Assembly: GCA_051362555.1 (NCBI GenBank)
Contig: CM120642.1
Coordinates: 19,096,001 to 19,160,000, forward strand
Direction: 5' to 3'
Source: Lingula anatina
Lineage: Eukaryota > Animalia > Brachiopoda
Length of the DNA stretch: 64,000 nt
Both the position numbers and the translations under genes were made by a program. Of the stretch, positions 13,501-26,738 are shown piece by piece. The notes beneath the pieces were generated by a model. It was not told where the DNA came from. It did no database searches and saw only the letters and a program-made list of their open reading frames with translations. The stretch's first letter is position 1, and each line of letters starts with the position of its first letter.

Positions 13501-15490
13501 ACATTGCACTGGCATAACATATTCCTTTGTGAAACAAACATGGTTACAGTTATTTACCTTGACATGTGCAGGCAGCTGTTGTGGAACTGTAGGTGGCACC
13601 ACAATGTGACTGAATGATCCATCTACAGAGTCCTATGATTGGAACCAAGAAGTGTTATTTAAATTCAACAGGACAGCATTCAAAAATTTTAATTCATACT
13701 TAAGTTGTCAGTTTCTTAATTGTACAGGGAATTTTGATTTACTCAAAAATCTAATGGTCTGTATTTGTAACCTACCTCACAAATGCAAACTAAAACAGTT
13801 ACCTATTAAGTCTTTGATATACATTATACTTCATAAGCAATCGGTCATATTATTTTTACAAAAATTGTGTATTTCTAATACTATGCAGACTACAACACAT
13901 TCTCTACAAGCTAGCACTAGGTGTTCAAATACATAAAAACAATTATACAATGTATCTTCAGGAATACATCTAAAAAAACGTGAATGGTACATGTACATCC
14001 ACATTATATGCCAAAGTACGTCAAAATATTTTTTAACCAAGTTTCATTTCATTTGGAAGCTATCAGCAGATTTTTGGCAATTTACATATTTTAGTGGCAC
14101 TAATGTACATTTCCTTGATCTCACATTTCTTAAGCCAACAGCCAAAAGCACAATTTTTTTTGCCCAAAAAAATAAAAGAAAACATTAAAAATGTTCTGAT
14201 AAAAAGAAACTTTCATCTCCCTAAAAATTAAAACCAATAATGACGTTAATTAAACAACAAAAAGAAAATAGTTAGTAAAAGGAACAGATATTGTTAAGAC
14301 GTGGTACAATTATACGTACTTTGGCAGACGTACTGGAAAAACCAGTGTAGCTGGAGAGAGAGCTGTCAAAGGAGTTTTCGGACATGCCGTCCGTCGTTGT
14401 ATAAGGGTGGGAATGATGGGACTACAACAAAAAAAGCGAAGTATGTTACAAACACAGTAGGCATGCAGCATTCTAAACAATTTCCATAAAATAAAAAGTT
14501 TCATATTAATTAATTAATTATCAAATGAAATGACAGTGGAGGATTTTTTCATTCCTTTTCAGTTGGAAATTGCTATTGTGAGAATTTGATTAATATCAAC
14601 CGAAACTAATAGTAAGCTCTATCATGTATTCATTTCCTCAGTTCAGATTGATCCAAAACACAAAGCTCAGTTACAGAAAACCTATATGAAATTAAAGTTA
14701 CTGTACTAGACAGAAATCATGCAAATTATGCAACTCCATGCACTCACAGTGTATAACTGTACCTCTGCCATAAACACTATGATTAGTATCTTACAAGCTA
14801 AATGTTTAAACATTAATATATTGCAAGTATAATACATTGTCAATTAGTTAAATAAAGGAACTTTTCACAAGCATGCCTCTTGATAATTTCACATCACGCA
14901 GTAGATTTTTGAGTACTGCACCAGTTTGCAAGGTCATAACATCTAATGGTGGTAAGGGGGTAGGGGTGGGGTGGGGTGCGTTGAGGGAGGTTACTCCCTT
15001 TGAGGCTTTCCAAAGTACCAATCAAAATGAATCCAGTTAAATGGCCACGTCAAGTATGGGGTTTCTGTTTAGGTGACTCTCTTACTTAATAACCAGGCTA
15101 GTAAGTGGTCAATCTCTCAAACTGAAGCAGTTTAGAAAATTCTACTGCTCAATGTAAAAAGAGCCTTAGGGACCATTCTCATACCATATCGTACTAGCAG
15201 GACTGATCTGTCTCGGAGAGGTTTCTAGCTAAATTGCATTTAGTTTAAGCGTGCACAAAAGTTAATTACCCCTCCCCCCCCCCCCCCCCCCCCCCCCAGC
15301 AGCTTCAGTGGGTGTGACAGACATTTAAGCCACTTAAGCTGAATGCAATTTAGCAAGAATCCCCTCAGAGTTAGGTCAGTCCTGCTAGTATGACATGTTT
15401 ATCGAAATCCAGTCTAAGTCAAGCAACATGCCAGTAGTACACAAGTTAATCTAATGCAGTTTAGTTCACTAAAATCAGTATTAGGGGTAC

Positions 15491-15522
<32 letters not shown>

Positions 15523-15898
15523 CCTTCAAGTCATCTACATCTCTCCTTAAAACAAGAGCATCAAACCTGTCAATGTCCTTGGGAGCTATCAGACCCCTCA
15601 CTTCTGACATCAGAGAAAACTAAAGTAAGATACAAATAAAAAATTGACAACCCATGATGATATACAGTACATGAGTGTTAAGCTGACTAATCAATTAAAG
15701 AATACATTTTTGTAACCAATCTAAATATCGTTTGATAAGGTTCATAGAAAGATGTTCATTCTGAGTACAGAAAGTATCAGATACTTTCAATTTAAAAAAG
15801 AAAGTAAGTATTCTTTCACTGCTAGACCTCAGAGTTTCTCCCATTATCTAATATTCTTCGGAATATCAAAAAAAAAAAAAATAATAATAAAATAATAA

Positions 15899-15945
<47 letters not shown>

Positions 15946-18900
15946 ATTAATTAATTAATTAATTAATTAATAAATAGAAAAATAAATGATGACCAACTTG
16001 CCTTGGCCTGTGTATTGAGCAGTTCAAAAAGAGCCAAAGCCAGGGCCTCCACACCAATATGGCCTGTGTTGTATTCATTAAGATAATAGTTCATGGTGCC
16101 ACGTTCATTGTCGTTTAGCAGTTGCCGTGCTTGTTCTTCTATCATCCCCCGCTGGGCACTATGCATAGTGTTATTCAAGATGAGCTGAGACCCTGCCATC
16201 CGCGTAAAAACAGACTGAAATAGGTTGAAGAGACATGGGTGTGATTTATTTGAGACAGGTCAGCATGCAAGACCAAGCTCATGCTGACATTAACAAAATG
16301 ACTGAAATAGTAAACTGTTTCTGAAGACAATGTCTTTTCATAGTCATTACACAAAAACAATGTATATAATTGTCATTACAAAAATAAATAAATACTAAAT
16401 TATCATTATTATAATAATAAAAATATATCACCTTTAAGTTATTAATTTTTATTAACACTGTATAATAAAACTATACTATTGAACTGCACCTCTTGTTTGC
16501 TGTCAACTTGGTCTTCCTGAGGAGTTTTTACACGCAATGAGTTAAAGCCATTGGATAAGGCACTGAAATAGTACATATTAAGAAAATCTTCAGGAACTTC
16601 AAAAAGTACAAAACTGACCAAGAACTCACTTTTTAATTTTACTAAGCTTTTCAGACAATTTATCAGAAATGCTTAGAATAAACTGCTGTATTGTGTAATT
16701 TTCAACATAAATTTAATGGCTCACTTGCATCTGTGCTAGGATAGAAGATAAATCTTTTGGGTCCTAGATCTGTGTTTTCACAAAATAATAAGAACAAGGG
16801 ATATTGGCTCGCCCAGGCATTTTCCAAATAATATGGGAGAGACTATGACAAATACACAGCTTTCAAACAATCTGTACCTGCTGGGTCTGGAAGGACTCCG
16901 TGATTGCTGCAGCTCCCTTCCCACAATCCATTGCGTCTCATCAATGGTGGTTCTAGCATACGGCAGACGTCCCACATCCTTTACAGTCATAATCATGTGC
17001 TTTGAAGCCTTCAGGACTTTCACTGCATTAGCATGAGATATATCCAGGAAACTTTCTCCATTTACGTCCAGAATTTGGTCTCCAACCTGTAATGCAAAGA
17101 CAATAACCGGAAGTGTATGATAAAAAAATCTAAAACTAAAATTCAGTTTTAAATTATACAAGTTAGATGCAATATTTGGATATCACGCCCTCCTCCGAGA
17201 TGCTTAAAAAAGATAATTGAGACCAGAGAAGATGATGTATTGTGAAAGAGGGTTGCTTTTCATCAGAAACTGTACTAAAATTAATCTTTAAAATGGTAGG
17301 CATATAGAAGTGAAAAGTGAAATGTTGTACATACCTAACACAAAAAGTATTCTGTACAAAACCTTTATTCTCCTGGCCCATTTACTTATAGTTAATATAT
17401 AATTTTGTAAAGTTTTCCATTCTCCACTCACCTTGAGTCCAGCATTTTCAGCCACAGACAAAGGGTCCACTCCAGTAAGATATATTCCCAGTCCAAACTC
17501 ACTCCCTCCACGTATCATTAGCCCTAAACTCTGTCCTGATCCAACGACTACATTCACCTGTATAATGTAATACCAACACTTGCAACAAAGGGCCTGTGAC
17601 CCTCGACCATGTGCCATGTTTATTCCCACTGCCGAGTCACTGCTCACAACAGTGGGTCCATACACTGACATTTTTAAAGGAATATGCCAAGAGTTACCAA
17701 GCAGAGCAACCCTTCATTTCTTCTCTTGAATAATTTTGTTATAAAATGTATAAAATATTCAATGTACTGTTTCAAAATATGTTAAAATTCAACTTAAAGT
17801 TTATAATCATTCTGTTTGTGAAACAGTTTTATCCCTTTTCTTATATGAAACTAATCTTAGACAAATAGCAATAAGGTTTTCAGTTTTGTTTCCTACTAGA
17901 GACCTTCTGGATATTGGGACTTTTTTATTTGAATGAAAAGTTTATCACAGTACAGCAATGTGCACAGAATTAGCTATACTCTAATCTACCAGATATGAGA
18001 CTGCTATTTAGTGAAAAAGTCAGATAAAATGGTATGGGGTCAGGGAGCAGTCTAGTCATATATTATAATTGGCTCGCAAAAAATTCAGAAATCTGCCGAA
18101 ATATCCCACCCCTGATCTAGCGTAAAAAAAAAAAAAAAAAAAAAAAAAAACTGGCAGGAAAATACTATGATTATAATAATATTTTCAGATTTTGTTACCT
18201 TTCTCTCATCTCCACACTTCAGTAACATAAGCCCACTCTTCCTCTCCCCCTTGGCCTCATATCTCCCCGCCTTCTCAACTTCTGGGGGTGGGGACACAGG
18301 CCTCCCCCTGGGGTCCACCCAGGTGTACGTCTGGTGGACAACATAGGTGCCAGGGACACGCCCCACTGGCCGCACCTGGAGATCAAGTTTTTTGGCTGAT
18401 CTTATTATCTGAAAGAAAGAAATTTCATCTTTGAGTGTTGAAGTTAAAGACCCTTTTAGGACCGAAACACAAGCGGAACAGTTTCTGTTTTGCATCAATT
18501 TGACTGGTCACAGCATGTAATTATGGTACAGGGAGCTTACAGTACTGACTTAATCTTTTCAATGGGGAAAATTGTGAATATTTAAATCTATTAAAATAGA
18601 TAATGTATTTTTTATATAATAAATTTTTAAAATTTGAACGTAATCATACTGAATGGCAGCAACAAAACTGAAAAGCAGTCTACCCTTTAGTTCTATTCTG
18701 TATAATAAAAGCTCTACAAAATATGCTATACAGAAGTTATATAATTTTAAATTAATGATTCCATAATTATGTAACTGAAAGATTGATAATTTTTGTATAA
18801 ATTGAAAAGATTGGGTCAAAACCATATTCCTTTTCACAGCCCCAGTCAGTGTACCAATCAAAATAAATGATATTAAGCTGTGTGAAGTGCGGGGGCATTG

Positions 18901-21900
18901 TTTAAGTGGCAGCTCTCTTATATGATAGCAAGGCAATCTCTCAAAGTTGTCAATTTTTCAAACTGGTGTGATACAGAAAACTGCTGCATGAAGTGAAAGG
19001 ACCACTATATCACAAACAATGACTGTAATGCTCAATACACATTATCTTAATTTAAAAGTATTAAGTATATCTACAGAGTAAGCCACCAGTGCAAGACAAT
19101 TGATTTGACCTCAGACTATACAGAAAAAGATTGATTTATAAAAGCTAACAGTCTGATGAGTTTGGGCATTTTTTATGTCTTGATTAATATTTCACTCTCT
19201 GTAAGTTTCATCTTCATATTAGAAAAACTTGATGTAGACTGAGGCTTACTGTAATAGCTTTTGGAGGTTTGCTAGCACTGAACAGAAAAATGTGAATCAT
19301 TGCTGAGGATATATAAAAACAAGAGTTCCAGTTAATAATCCTACTTCAGCACTAGTTTCTACATTTATAGTTTTTAAAAATATTTGTTCAAAAAAGAGCA
19401 GGCATTTTAGAATCTGGAAATTCAACAAGGACAATATATGCAATGAAAATATATATGTCATCACTGTATAGGTAAGTTTAAAAAATGTATAATTTGCTTC
19501 TCCTGATCATGCACAATGTAATAATGCCTATGCATCATTTGTGTCTGTAAACAAATTTAAGTAAATGACAAATATTTTGTGTATATGTAGCTTATATATA
19601 TATTATTGCTTCTGGGTTTAGCACTGAAAAAACTATGCATATAGGTACCTTGTAACACAACATATGCATAAACATTTACATATATTTTTAAAAGGCCTTA
19701 ATGATTCAGCCAAGGGGTAACACATAAACATACTAATTTGCTTCCCCTATACTGTTTCTATAGGTAATATCAACTTTAATCAAGAATCATTGGTCAAATG
19801 CTTTGTATGTGTGTACAATCCCTGACAATAACCATATTATTCCAACCCAATTATTCAGCAACAAACTATTGATTTTTGTCGATAAATAATTAATTAGCTG
19901 AAGGTCAATCAATCCAGTCATGTTCGTTTTAGACTGAGGAAATCTAAGAGCAGTGGTAGTGTGGTGACATGCATAATATTACCAACTGATTGGGAAGTTA
20001 TCCACATAATATACCAAAAATATATAGATATAAAGAACTATAGAGTTTGAATATCTCCTTTATATAAAGGAGCCCCAGGTCCAACATAATGATATAATTT
20101 TAATGACTAGAATCAATTAATTAATTAATTACTGTGTTCAGAAATTAAAAAGGAAATACGTTTAGGAGTATTTTTTCTTTTCTTCTTCTTTTTTTTTTTT
20201 TTTTTTTGGTCCTGTTTACTCTTGATCAGATAATCCAGACATGTTGGTTTTGAAAATCCTGGCAATCCAGTCATGTTTGTTTTTTCTGAAAACCTTCTTT
20301 GCATACTAGTATATCAGTAACACATACAGGGAGTGTTTAGTACTTAACAATTAAGATTATCCTGAATATAGTTACTAGTACTGATAGTTATATATGGTGA
20401 CTTGATGAAAAATAACCAAATGCTTTCAGGGATTGGAATTTGTGGTTTGAATGCAAAAGGGTTAATGAAATATAAACCAATCAAAATGAAATAGGAAAAT
20501 TAAATTTTAGTATGTGTACAAATGCCAAAGTGCAGGCAGAAAAGATTTTTGGAAATGGTATCAAGTGAACCTTGTTGCCATTTGTATCAAAGCACAGTTT
20601 CAAAGTTTGCCTGAAAAGAAAATGCTTTAGATAGTAAACGTATAAGCTTAAAATTCCAATACCATGACATTTACACTATGAGTGCACTGAAGCAAAAAGT
20701 TGCTCTATTTACAAGGACATTTTAAGCTAATGCAACTTTTGAAATATATGGTGTCAGGTTCCCCGCTGAACAATATGCAAGGTCAAGCCTTCAAATACCA
20801 GTGAAAACAAAGCAGAGATTTTATACAAATCGTAGAAAGGACTGTGTATATATATTTGGTAACATTTTTATATTTAGCTTTTAAAAAGGTGAATAGAAAT
20901 TATTAGTACAGACCATATGAACTGACAAAATGTTTAGGAAGGAGTTCTTATTAACTGGTAAAAGGCTGTGACATATTAGTATTTGTCCTGACAAATACAG
21001 AATGTTCTTTTTTAATACTGATGAAATTTAGTACCACCTTTTGATCTAGATTTAGCTCACCTGATAACCGCAGCATAAAATACAGGATATGGACATAAAT
21101 GTACAATCATTTTATTAGCTTGATCAATAACTTTAAAACACAAGTAATCCATGTACATTGCTAGCACTGTAAAATCACTCCAAAATACTAACTGGGACAA
21201 TGCCAATTCCCTGACATTATAAACATGCCACAAAATAAACCCAATTTCTTGCATTACAAATTGATTACACACTTGAAAAAAAAAAGACAGACTAAGTTTG
21301 AATGGAGCTTTTATATAATACGGCCTCATTTCCCAGCAATTGATCAGAGTAAAAATTCTAAATTATTCATCATACTCTAGAATCTAGTATCATGTTAGCT
21401 GTCTTTAGTACATGGGACAATTTCCAAAGTGTTTAGGACGAGGGCCAAGTGAACGATTCTGTAAATTTAGAAAAACAATATGCTGCTTGAGGACAGGCAA
21501 ACAATAATTTTGACCATAAATTTAAAAGAAAATGACAAATGCTACCTGATATTTACTTTGCGTTCAAAATACAAAATAATAACAGAAAATAAATTTCAGT
21601 TCAAAAGCCTGTCATTACAGACCAATAATTATCACAGGTAATACAGGACTTTGAAGTGCAATGTACACACAATCATCCGATTATCCATTTTAATAAGATT
21701 GTTAAAGGCTTAACCTGTGTGACAACCAACAAATGGAAAGTAGACTATGAGCGCATTCTCAACGAATTAAGCCAGGCTTTACAAAGCCGGTGACCTAAAA
21801 ATGGCGGACGTACATGAAAGAAAAACCGCCTAATCTTTTAATAGTCTCTCCGCCTCCCCACACGTCGTCCCTGCAGGGTACAGTAATTAAATCGCGTCTC

Positions 21901-24900
21901 CGTTCGCCATGCGGAAGCTACCTGAGAAATATTAAGTGCGCATGCTCATCAGTTAAACTCGTGGTGAAGAAAGCATGGCGGCTGAAGGCGATCGAAGGAA
22001 AAAAGCTCTTCTGTTCTATTATCTTTGAAAACAGAGACGAAAAAGGAATAATTTGGCCCGTAGAGCAGCAATGAATCGACTATCTACGGAGATAATGTCA
22101 CCAGCGATATTCACGGAAATATTAATGTTCGGAGCCGAGATTTAATTACTGTACCCCGCAGGGACGACGTGTGGGGAGGCGTGTGAGAGGCGGAGAGACT
22201 ATTAAAAGATTAGGCGGTTTTCTTTCATGTACGTCCGCCATTTTTAGGTCACCGGCTTTGTAAAGCCTGGCTTAATTCGTTGAGAATGCGCTCTATGGAA
22301 TGTTGACAGAGTCTGTGAACGTATATACTCAATTTCATATTAATGGCAAGTTTCCCTCAAAGTCCCTGACCAGCATAGGGGAAGGTTTCCCACCAATCTG
22401 GGTTAGTTATACAGTGTTAGTTTAAATATAAAGGTTCCTTGAAGCACTAAGACATGTTGAATCTTTGGGTCCTACCAGTCTTGACCGATACAAGTATCTA
22501 GGTCCAGTAGAAAATTATGTCTAGTCATTCCATTATTAGGGACCAGCGACAATATTTAGAGACACCATTTTGAATTTGCAGTCAGTCTGGTAAAAAGACC
22601 TTCGGTTTGACAAATTTTTCGTAACTGTCTGTCCAAATGGCTGGCTGATTTTTAGAGTTTTATCTGGTCTGAAGTGGAACACTTGATCCTCCAAAATGAC
22701 CACCATAATTTAGAGATGACACCAATCTCATCAGTGTTGGCCCAATTATATGAGGAAATGTATTTCAAGAAAAAAATGTTCAGTAGGAGAAACATACTGC
22801 TTACATACAGATTCAGAGCTTAAAATAAGGAAGGATGTCCTGAATCCTGAATGAACATTTTCATGATGCATATGTATTTAAGTACAAATATCACAGGTAT
22901 ACTGTATATACATATACTAGTATGGAACTGCTTCTATGGGTCATTCAATCAATGGAAATGTCAAGGTAAAATTAACTGATTGATCCCTACCATCTGCTTA
23001 ATTAACAATGACAAATACAGGGGTGGGGACCGAAAGAGACACAGGAAAATGCTCTTAATGATGACAAACGAGTCATGGATGATGGGACACGCCCAATCTG
23101 CTTTCATGTCAGTACAGTTTTAGATTGGAAATTAGGTTATGTTCTCTGATAAAGCAATATATATATATCTAGTTTAAATTAGAACTATAAAGTGACACAA
23201 ATTGCAGTCTTATGGTAGATGTGTGTATGTGTGTGTGTGTGTGTTTGGGGGGAAGCAAATTTTAGGTTTAGCAAAATTTATTTTTTCTTCACAAAACTGT
23301 TAGGGCTGTAGGCTGCAGAAAGAGGAGGGCTGATGGAGGTATGATAAAGTTCAGTTTTTGGGTGCATCTGAATCTCTATGGAGGGGACCTCCTCATGTAC
23401 TTTTATAAAGAAAAAAAACTTTATCAAAGAAGCATCTAGGCTCCACCTCACAGAGATGGAGATTAAGAAAAATAATTTTTGGTGAATATTTATAGCAAGG
23501 TTTCAATCTTTACCTTTCTCAAACTACATCAGCAATATTGTCTCATTCAGCTAGTGTCTGGACAAGTATCACAACTGGTACGTATACAAATAACCTGATT
23601 GCATGTAATCATTCCTTCGACAGCTGCACTCTGTGATTGCACATCAGATATTATGAATCGCTTTCAGCATAAGGTTTGTGTCACATTTTGCAATAAAGCG
23701 TTTGCTAACAAGATTCCTCGGATAGTACAGTGTCATGTTCTAAAAAATCGTCTGTACAACAGCGTATATTGAAAAAAAATTTAGAAAGTGGCAAGAAGAA
23801 CAAAAAAAAAAAAAAAAGAAAAAAAGAAAAGAAAGAAAGAAAAAAAATAATAAAATTAATGTACTCCAGACTACCTTTACTCTTGTACATGTACTATGAA
23901 CTACTCAATAAAAAACATGCCCTTCCATGCAACAAAAGGGCAGAATGAAAAGAGAATAAAACAAGAAAATAAAACAAATATGTAACAGAAACAAGAATTA
24001 AATATTTACATGACTGCAGAAAATTTATCAATTGATCTTTATCAAGAAATGGACACTTGTAATCCACACTCTTGTCAACAGGACGTAAAAAACATCTCTC
24101 CACTTGCAACTGAATCACTTCCTGACAACCAACATAACTGGCTGAGTGATATAGCTGTATACACATGATTAATGGGCTACATTAATGTGATTGCACACTA
24201 CAAGATCCACTAGCAACATACAGTGGCTTAAGAGCATGGAAATCCTGTTCTATATCAAATAACAGAACACTGCTGTGGAACCTTATTGTATATATGTCAT
24301 TAATTTCATACACTGCAGAAAAGAAGGTAATGTACCCAAAGACCTGCACTTCACTTGACTTCAACCTTCAGGATATTTATTACACTGAAGGACTTTCAGT
24401 TCAGAATGGAACATTTTTCCCATTGTATGTGCAGTTTTTTTTTATTCTTATTGATCTCACTGGTGAAAATGCATAGGCAGCAAATAAAGATAGTGATAGA
24501 TTACAGATAATTAGAATTGCATTTTTAATAAAAAAATCTCACACATTTTTCAACATTTAAAGGCAGCAATCTTAATTTGACAAGTAATAATTTAGTTTTT
24601 TCCTTAGACTCATGTGAGATCAGATTAAAAAATAATAAGTGATGAAAGTGGTTGAGTTGGGTAAAAGACATAACTGCAAACAAACTGGGACCATCAAAAT
24701 CAAACAAAAATTAGCATATGGCATAAAACTGAAATTATATAGTAAACATTTCGTTCTAAATATTTTTAAGAAAGAAAAATTGTTACTCATACACCTTCCT
24801 CACCTTGGCTGCTTCCTCGTGCGTTATGTCAGAAAAGTTCACTTGGTTAGCTGACAATATCTGATCACCTGTACACAAGCCTTGTCTGTCAGCCAATGAC

Positions 24901-25523
24901 CCTGGCTCTACCTGTGAGACGTAAATCCCAATCCCATGCTCAGCACCACCACGAATACTCAACCCCCAGCCTTCATGACTAGAATTTTTCTTCAACGTCA
25001 CATGGTTAACAACATTGTTCTCACTTTTTTCCACGTCAAAGGTATTGTTGACCTGTCTGTATATTTTACTCTTCGGTGGTTCGCTTGGCCTTCTGATAAT
25101 CTCTGAGCTTTTTGTTCGCCTCATGCTGAAGGGTTGCTGTGATGGAACGCTGGAAGTTCTACGTAGGCCGCGTTGGTTCAAGTAGGGTGTGTTTAAAGGT
25201 ATTGATGTGATAGGATCATTGTACATATACTGGTCAAAGGCATCTTGGTCAGAATGTGGCATAACTTTCCGTAACAGAGGTATAATTTGTCTTTTTACAG
25301 AGTTGTCAAAGATGAGCTTTAGCGCTTGCACAAAGTCATACACATTACGTTTAGAATGATATACATTTAGTGCTTCGATGAAATCACTTCGGTCCTCCTC
25401 TTCCAAGAGAGTGTTGACGGCTTCTTGAAGACGCCTCACATTCACAGAAAGAGTCCTCTGCGGGGGAATTCTCACCGGTGATGGAGACCTAAGATAGGTC
25501 ATTTCATACTCGATGGATGACAT
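4522..25523 (-). CDS. WHRN: Whirlin (DFNB31/dyschronic) ortholog: HHD1-PDZ1-PDZ2-HHD2-low-complexity-PDZ3, about 1271 aa
   Basis: Phase-consistent exons 5'->3': 25523-24804, 18408-18199, 17557-17432, 17086-16878, 16562-16490, 16214-16002 (GC donor), 15619-15524, 14421-14320, 13632-13558, 13263-13177, 12874-12734, 12345-12224, 11505-11470, 9587-8447, 6084-6031, 5596-5504, 5048-4899, 4689-4522 (TAA). Motifs: LSVNVRRLQEA..YHSKRNVYDFVQ (HHD1), GLSIRGGAEHGIGIYVS (PDZ1), YTWVDPRGRPVSPP, LGLMIRGGSEFGLGIY (PDZ2), LFELLNTQAK/FSLMSEVR (HHD2), TLGIAIEGGANTRQPLPRIITIQPGG (PDZ3). Small exons in the low-complexity middle are less certain. Confidence 0.92.
6338..8356. mobile_element. Foldback-type (MULE-like) non-autonomous DNA element with inverted arms of about 184-bp tandem units
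   Basis: Termini CCGGTGTACCATGAAAATCTGACTCCC and GGGAGTCAGATTTTCATGTTACACCGG. Left arm has 5 units (starts about 6431, 6616, 6799, 6983, 7167); right arm has about 3 inverted units (7717-8270); unique spacer about 7350-7717. Flanks TACAGAATG/TTTAAAATG match 6/9 (possible decayed 9-bp TSD). No transposase. Confidence 0.85.
10079..10253. mobile_element. Short MITE with CAGGGGCAGAT TIRs and 5-bp TSD (hAT-like)
   Basis: CAGGGGCAGAT...ATCTGCCCCTG flanked on both sides by AATGT (10074-78, 10254-58). Confidence 0.75.
15169..15414. mobile_element. Palindromic MITE (PIF/Harbinger-like) with central poly-C tract
   Basis: Arms TACTAGCAGGACTGATCT...GCTAAATTGCATT and AATGCAATTTAGC...AGGTCAGTCCTGCTAGTA. 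Flanks TTA/TAA. Core shared with 33257-33471. Confidence 0.7.
15880..15975. repeat. (TAAA)n/(TTAA)n microsatellite
   Basis: Seen directly. Confidence 0.9.
21749..22293. mobile_element. Young MITE with about 150-bp near-perfect TIRs and 3-bp TSD (PIF/Harbinger-like)
   Basis: GAGCGCATTCTCAACGAATTAAGCCAGGCTTTACAAAGCCGG... is mirrored at 22130-22293. TAT flanks both ends. CpGs are retained within a CpG-poor intron. Confidence 0.9.
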
Positions 25524-25847
25524 GATTATTGCAATATGTTCCCAGAAGAAGCAACCTGGCTACCTTTTACACTCTACATATTTCACACCTGAAAATAAAA
25601 AAAAGTTGTTTCAGTTACAGGTTAAAAAGAAATCAAAACAACACAATTATGTGTTTTCAATAATTCGTATATAAAGCTAAAAAGTTTAACTACATATGGG
25701 TCGTCGACGAGAACTTTGAAAAGCTGTCTTTCATCTTAGCTCAAGTAAGTCGTCGAGTTTTTACATACATTTTGTTAGCGTTAGCATCGAGAGCCTCACA
25801 ATTAACCTTTAATTCATTAAAAAAACTTGCAATGTTTACACACGTAC

Positions 25848-26075
25848 CTGTGTCAAACCTCTCCAAACTTCCCAGCCGCCCAGCCAGCTTTCAAATCAAT
25901 ATTTCTTTTCACATCATTGGGGCACTTGCGCTTCAGGTTGCGCAGTCACGTGATCAAACATTGTTTCATTTCCTGTTCCTGTATCATTCTCCAAACTGTG
26001 ACCTCGTCTTCATCGATTGCTAAAACTCGTTTCCCAACTTTCCAGTAAAATTCGATTCAGCCGAAAAATGACGAC
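25848..26075 (-). promoter_or_regulatory. Putative whirlin non-coding first exon / promoter region
   Basis: Donor CAG|GTACGT at 25848 and acceptor at 25588 upstream of the ATG. CpG-rich; contains GTCACGTGA E-box (25945-25953). TSS not determinable. Confidence 0.5.
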
Positions 26076-26238
26076 AATCTGGTCGACACTGCAATATCTA
26101 GTCTATGTCAGCCTAAAAACTGACACCTTAAAAAATATTAAACATTATTATTATTCTTCAATAAATAAAGAAATAAATTGAAAAATATTTGACTTATTTT
26201 TTCTACTTTAAAATAGACAACTTAATTTTACACAGGAG

Positions 26239-26492
26239 CAGTGGCGGATTTAGGGGGGGTCAGGGGGTCCTAACCCCCCCCTTCGTTTTCTGGTCCCCTC
26301 TTGAAATTAGAATTTTGACTAGCTGAATCATGGTTCTACACCGTACCAAATGGCACCGTTAGCCCTCTAAAATAGGCCTACCAAAATTTTTCGGGGCCCG
26401 CCAAGTAGTGTGTGTGTGTGTGTGTGTGTGTTGGGGGGGGGGGGGGGTTCGGCTTCGCATCCGCGCCAGCCCCCCTTCAAATAATCCTGGAT
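26239..26492 (-). mobile_element. hAT-like MITE family (CAGTGGCGGATTT / CAGGGGCAGATCC termini), copy 1
   Basis: Starts CAGTGGCGGATTTAGGGGG. Internal TTGAAATTAGAATTTTGACTAGCTGA is shared with the other copies. Far terminus degraded. Confidence 0.7.
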
Positions 26493-26555
26493 GTATAATA
26501 TCAAATTCAAAAAATATTTTAGCATGGATTGGTTGATGGTTGCAGGTTGCATAGG

Positions 26556-26738
26556 CAGGGCAGATCCAGTATTTTTTGAAGGGGGGTCCGAGGATGCGAA
26601 GTCGACGCCCCCTTCGGATAAGAAGCCCACCCCGGCTTGGTATGGTTTAGAACTATAAATCAGCTAATCAAAATTCTAATTTCAAGGAAAGAAAATTATG
26701 TGTGATCTTTTCTTCAGAACCCCCTAAACCCGCCACTG
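26556..26738 (+). mobile_element. Same MITE family, copy 2 (inverted relative to copy 1)
   Basis: CAGGGCAGATCCAG...AGAACTATAAATCAGCTAATCAAAATTCTAATTTCAAG...CCCCTAAACCCGCCACTG. Confidence 0.7.

Noticed and set aside
18559-18936. 125-aa intronic ORF
   Set aside because: Non-ATG start, AT-rich composition, no recognisable homology.
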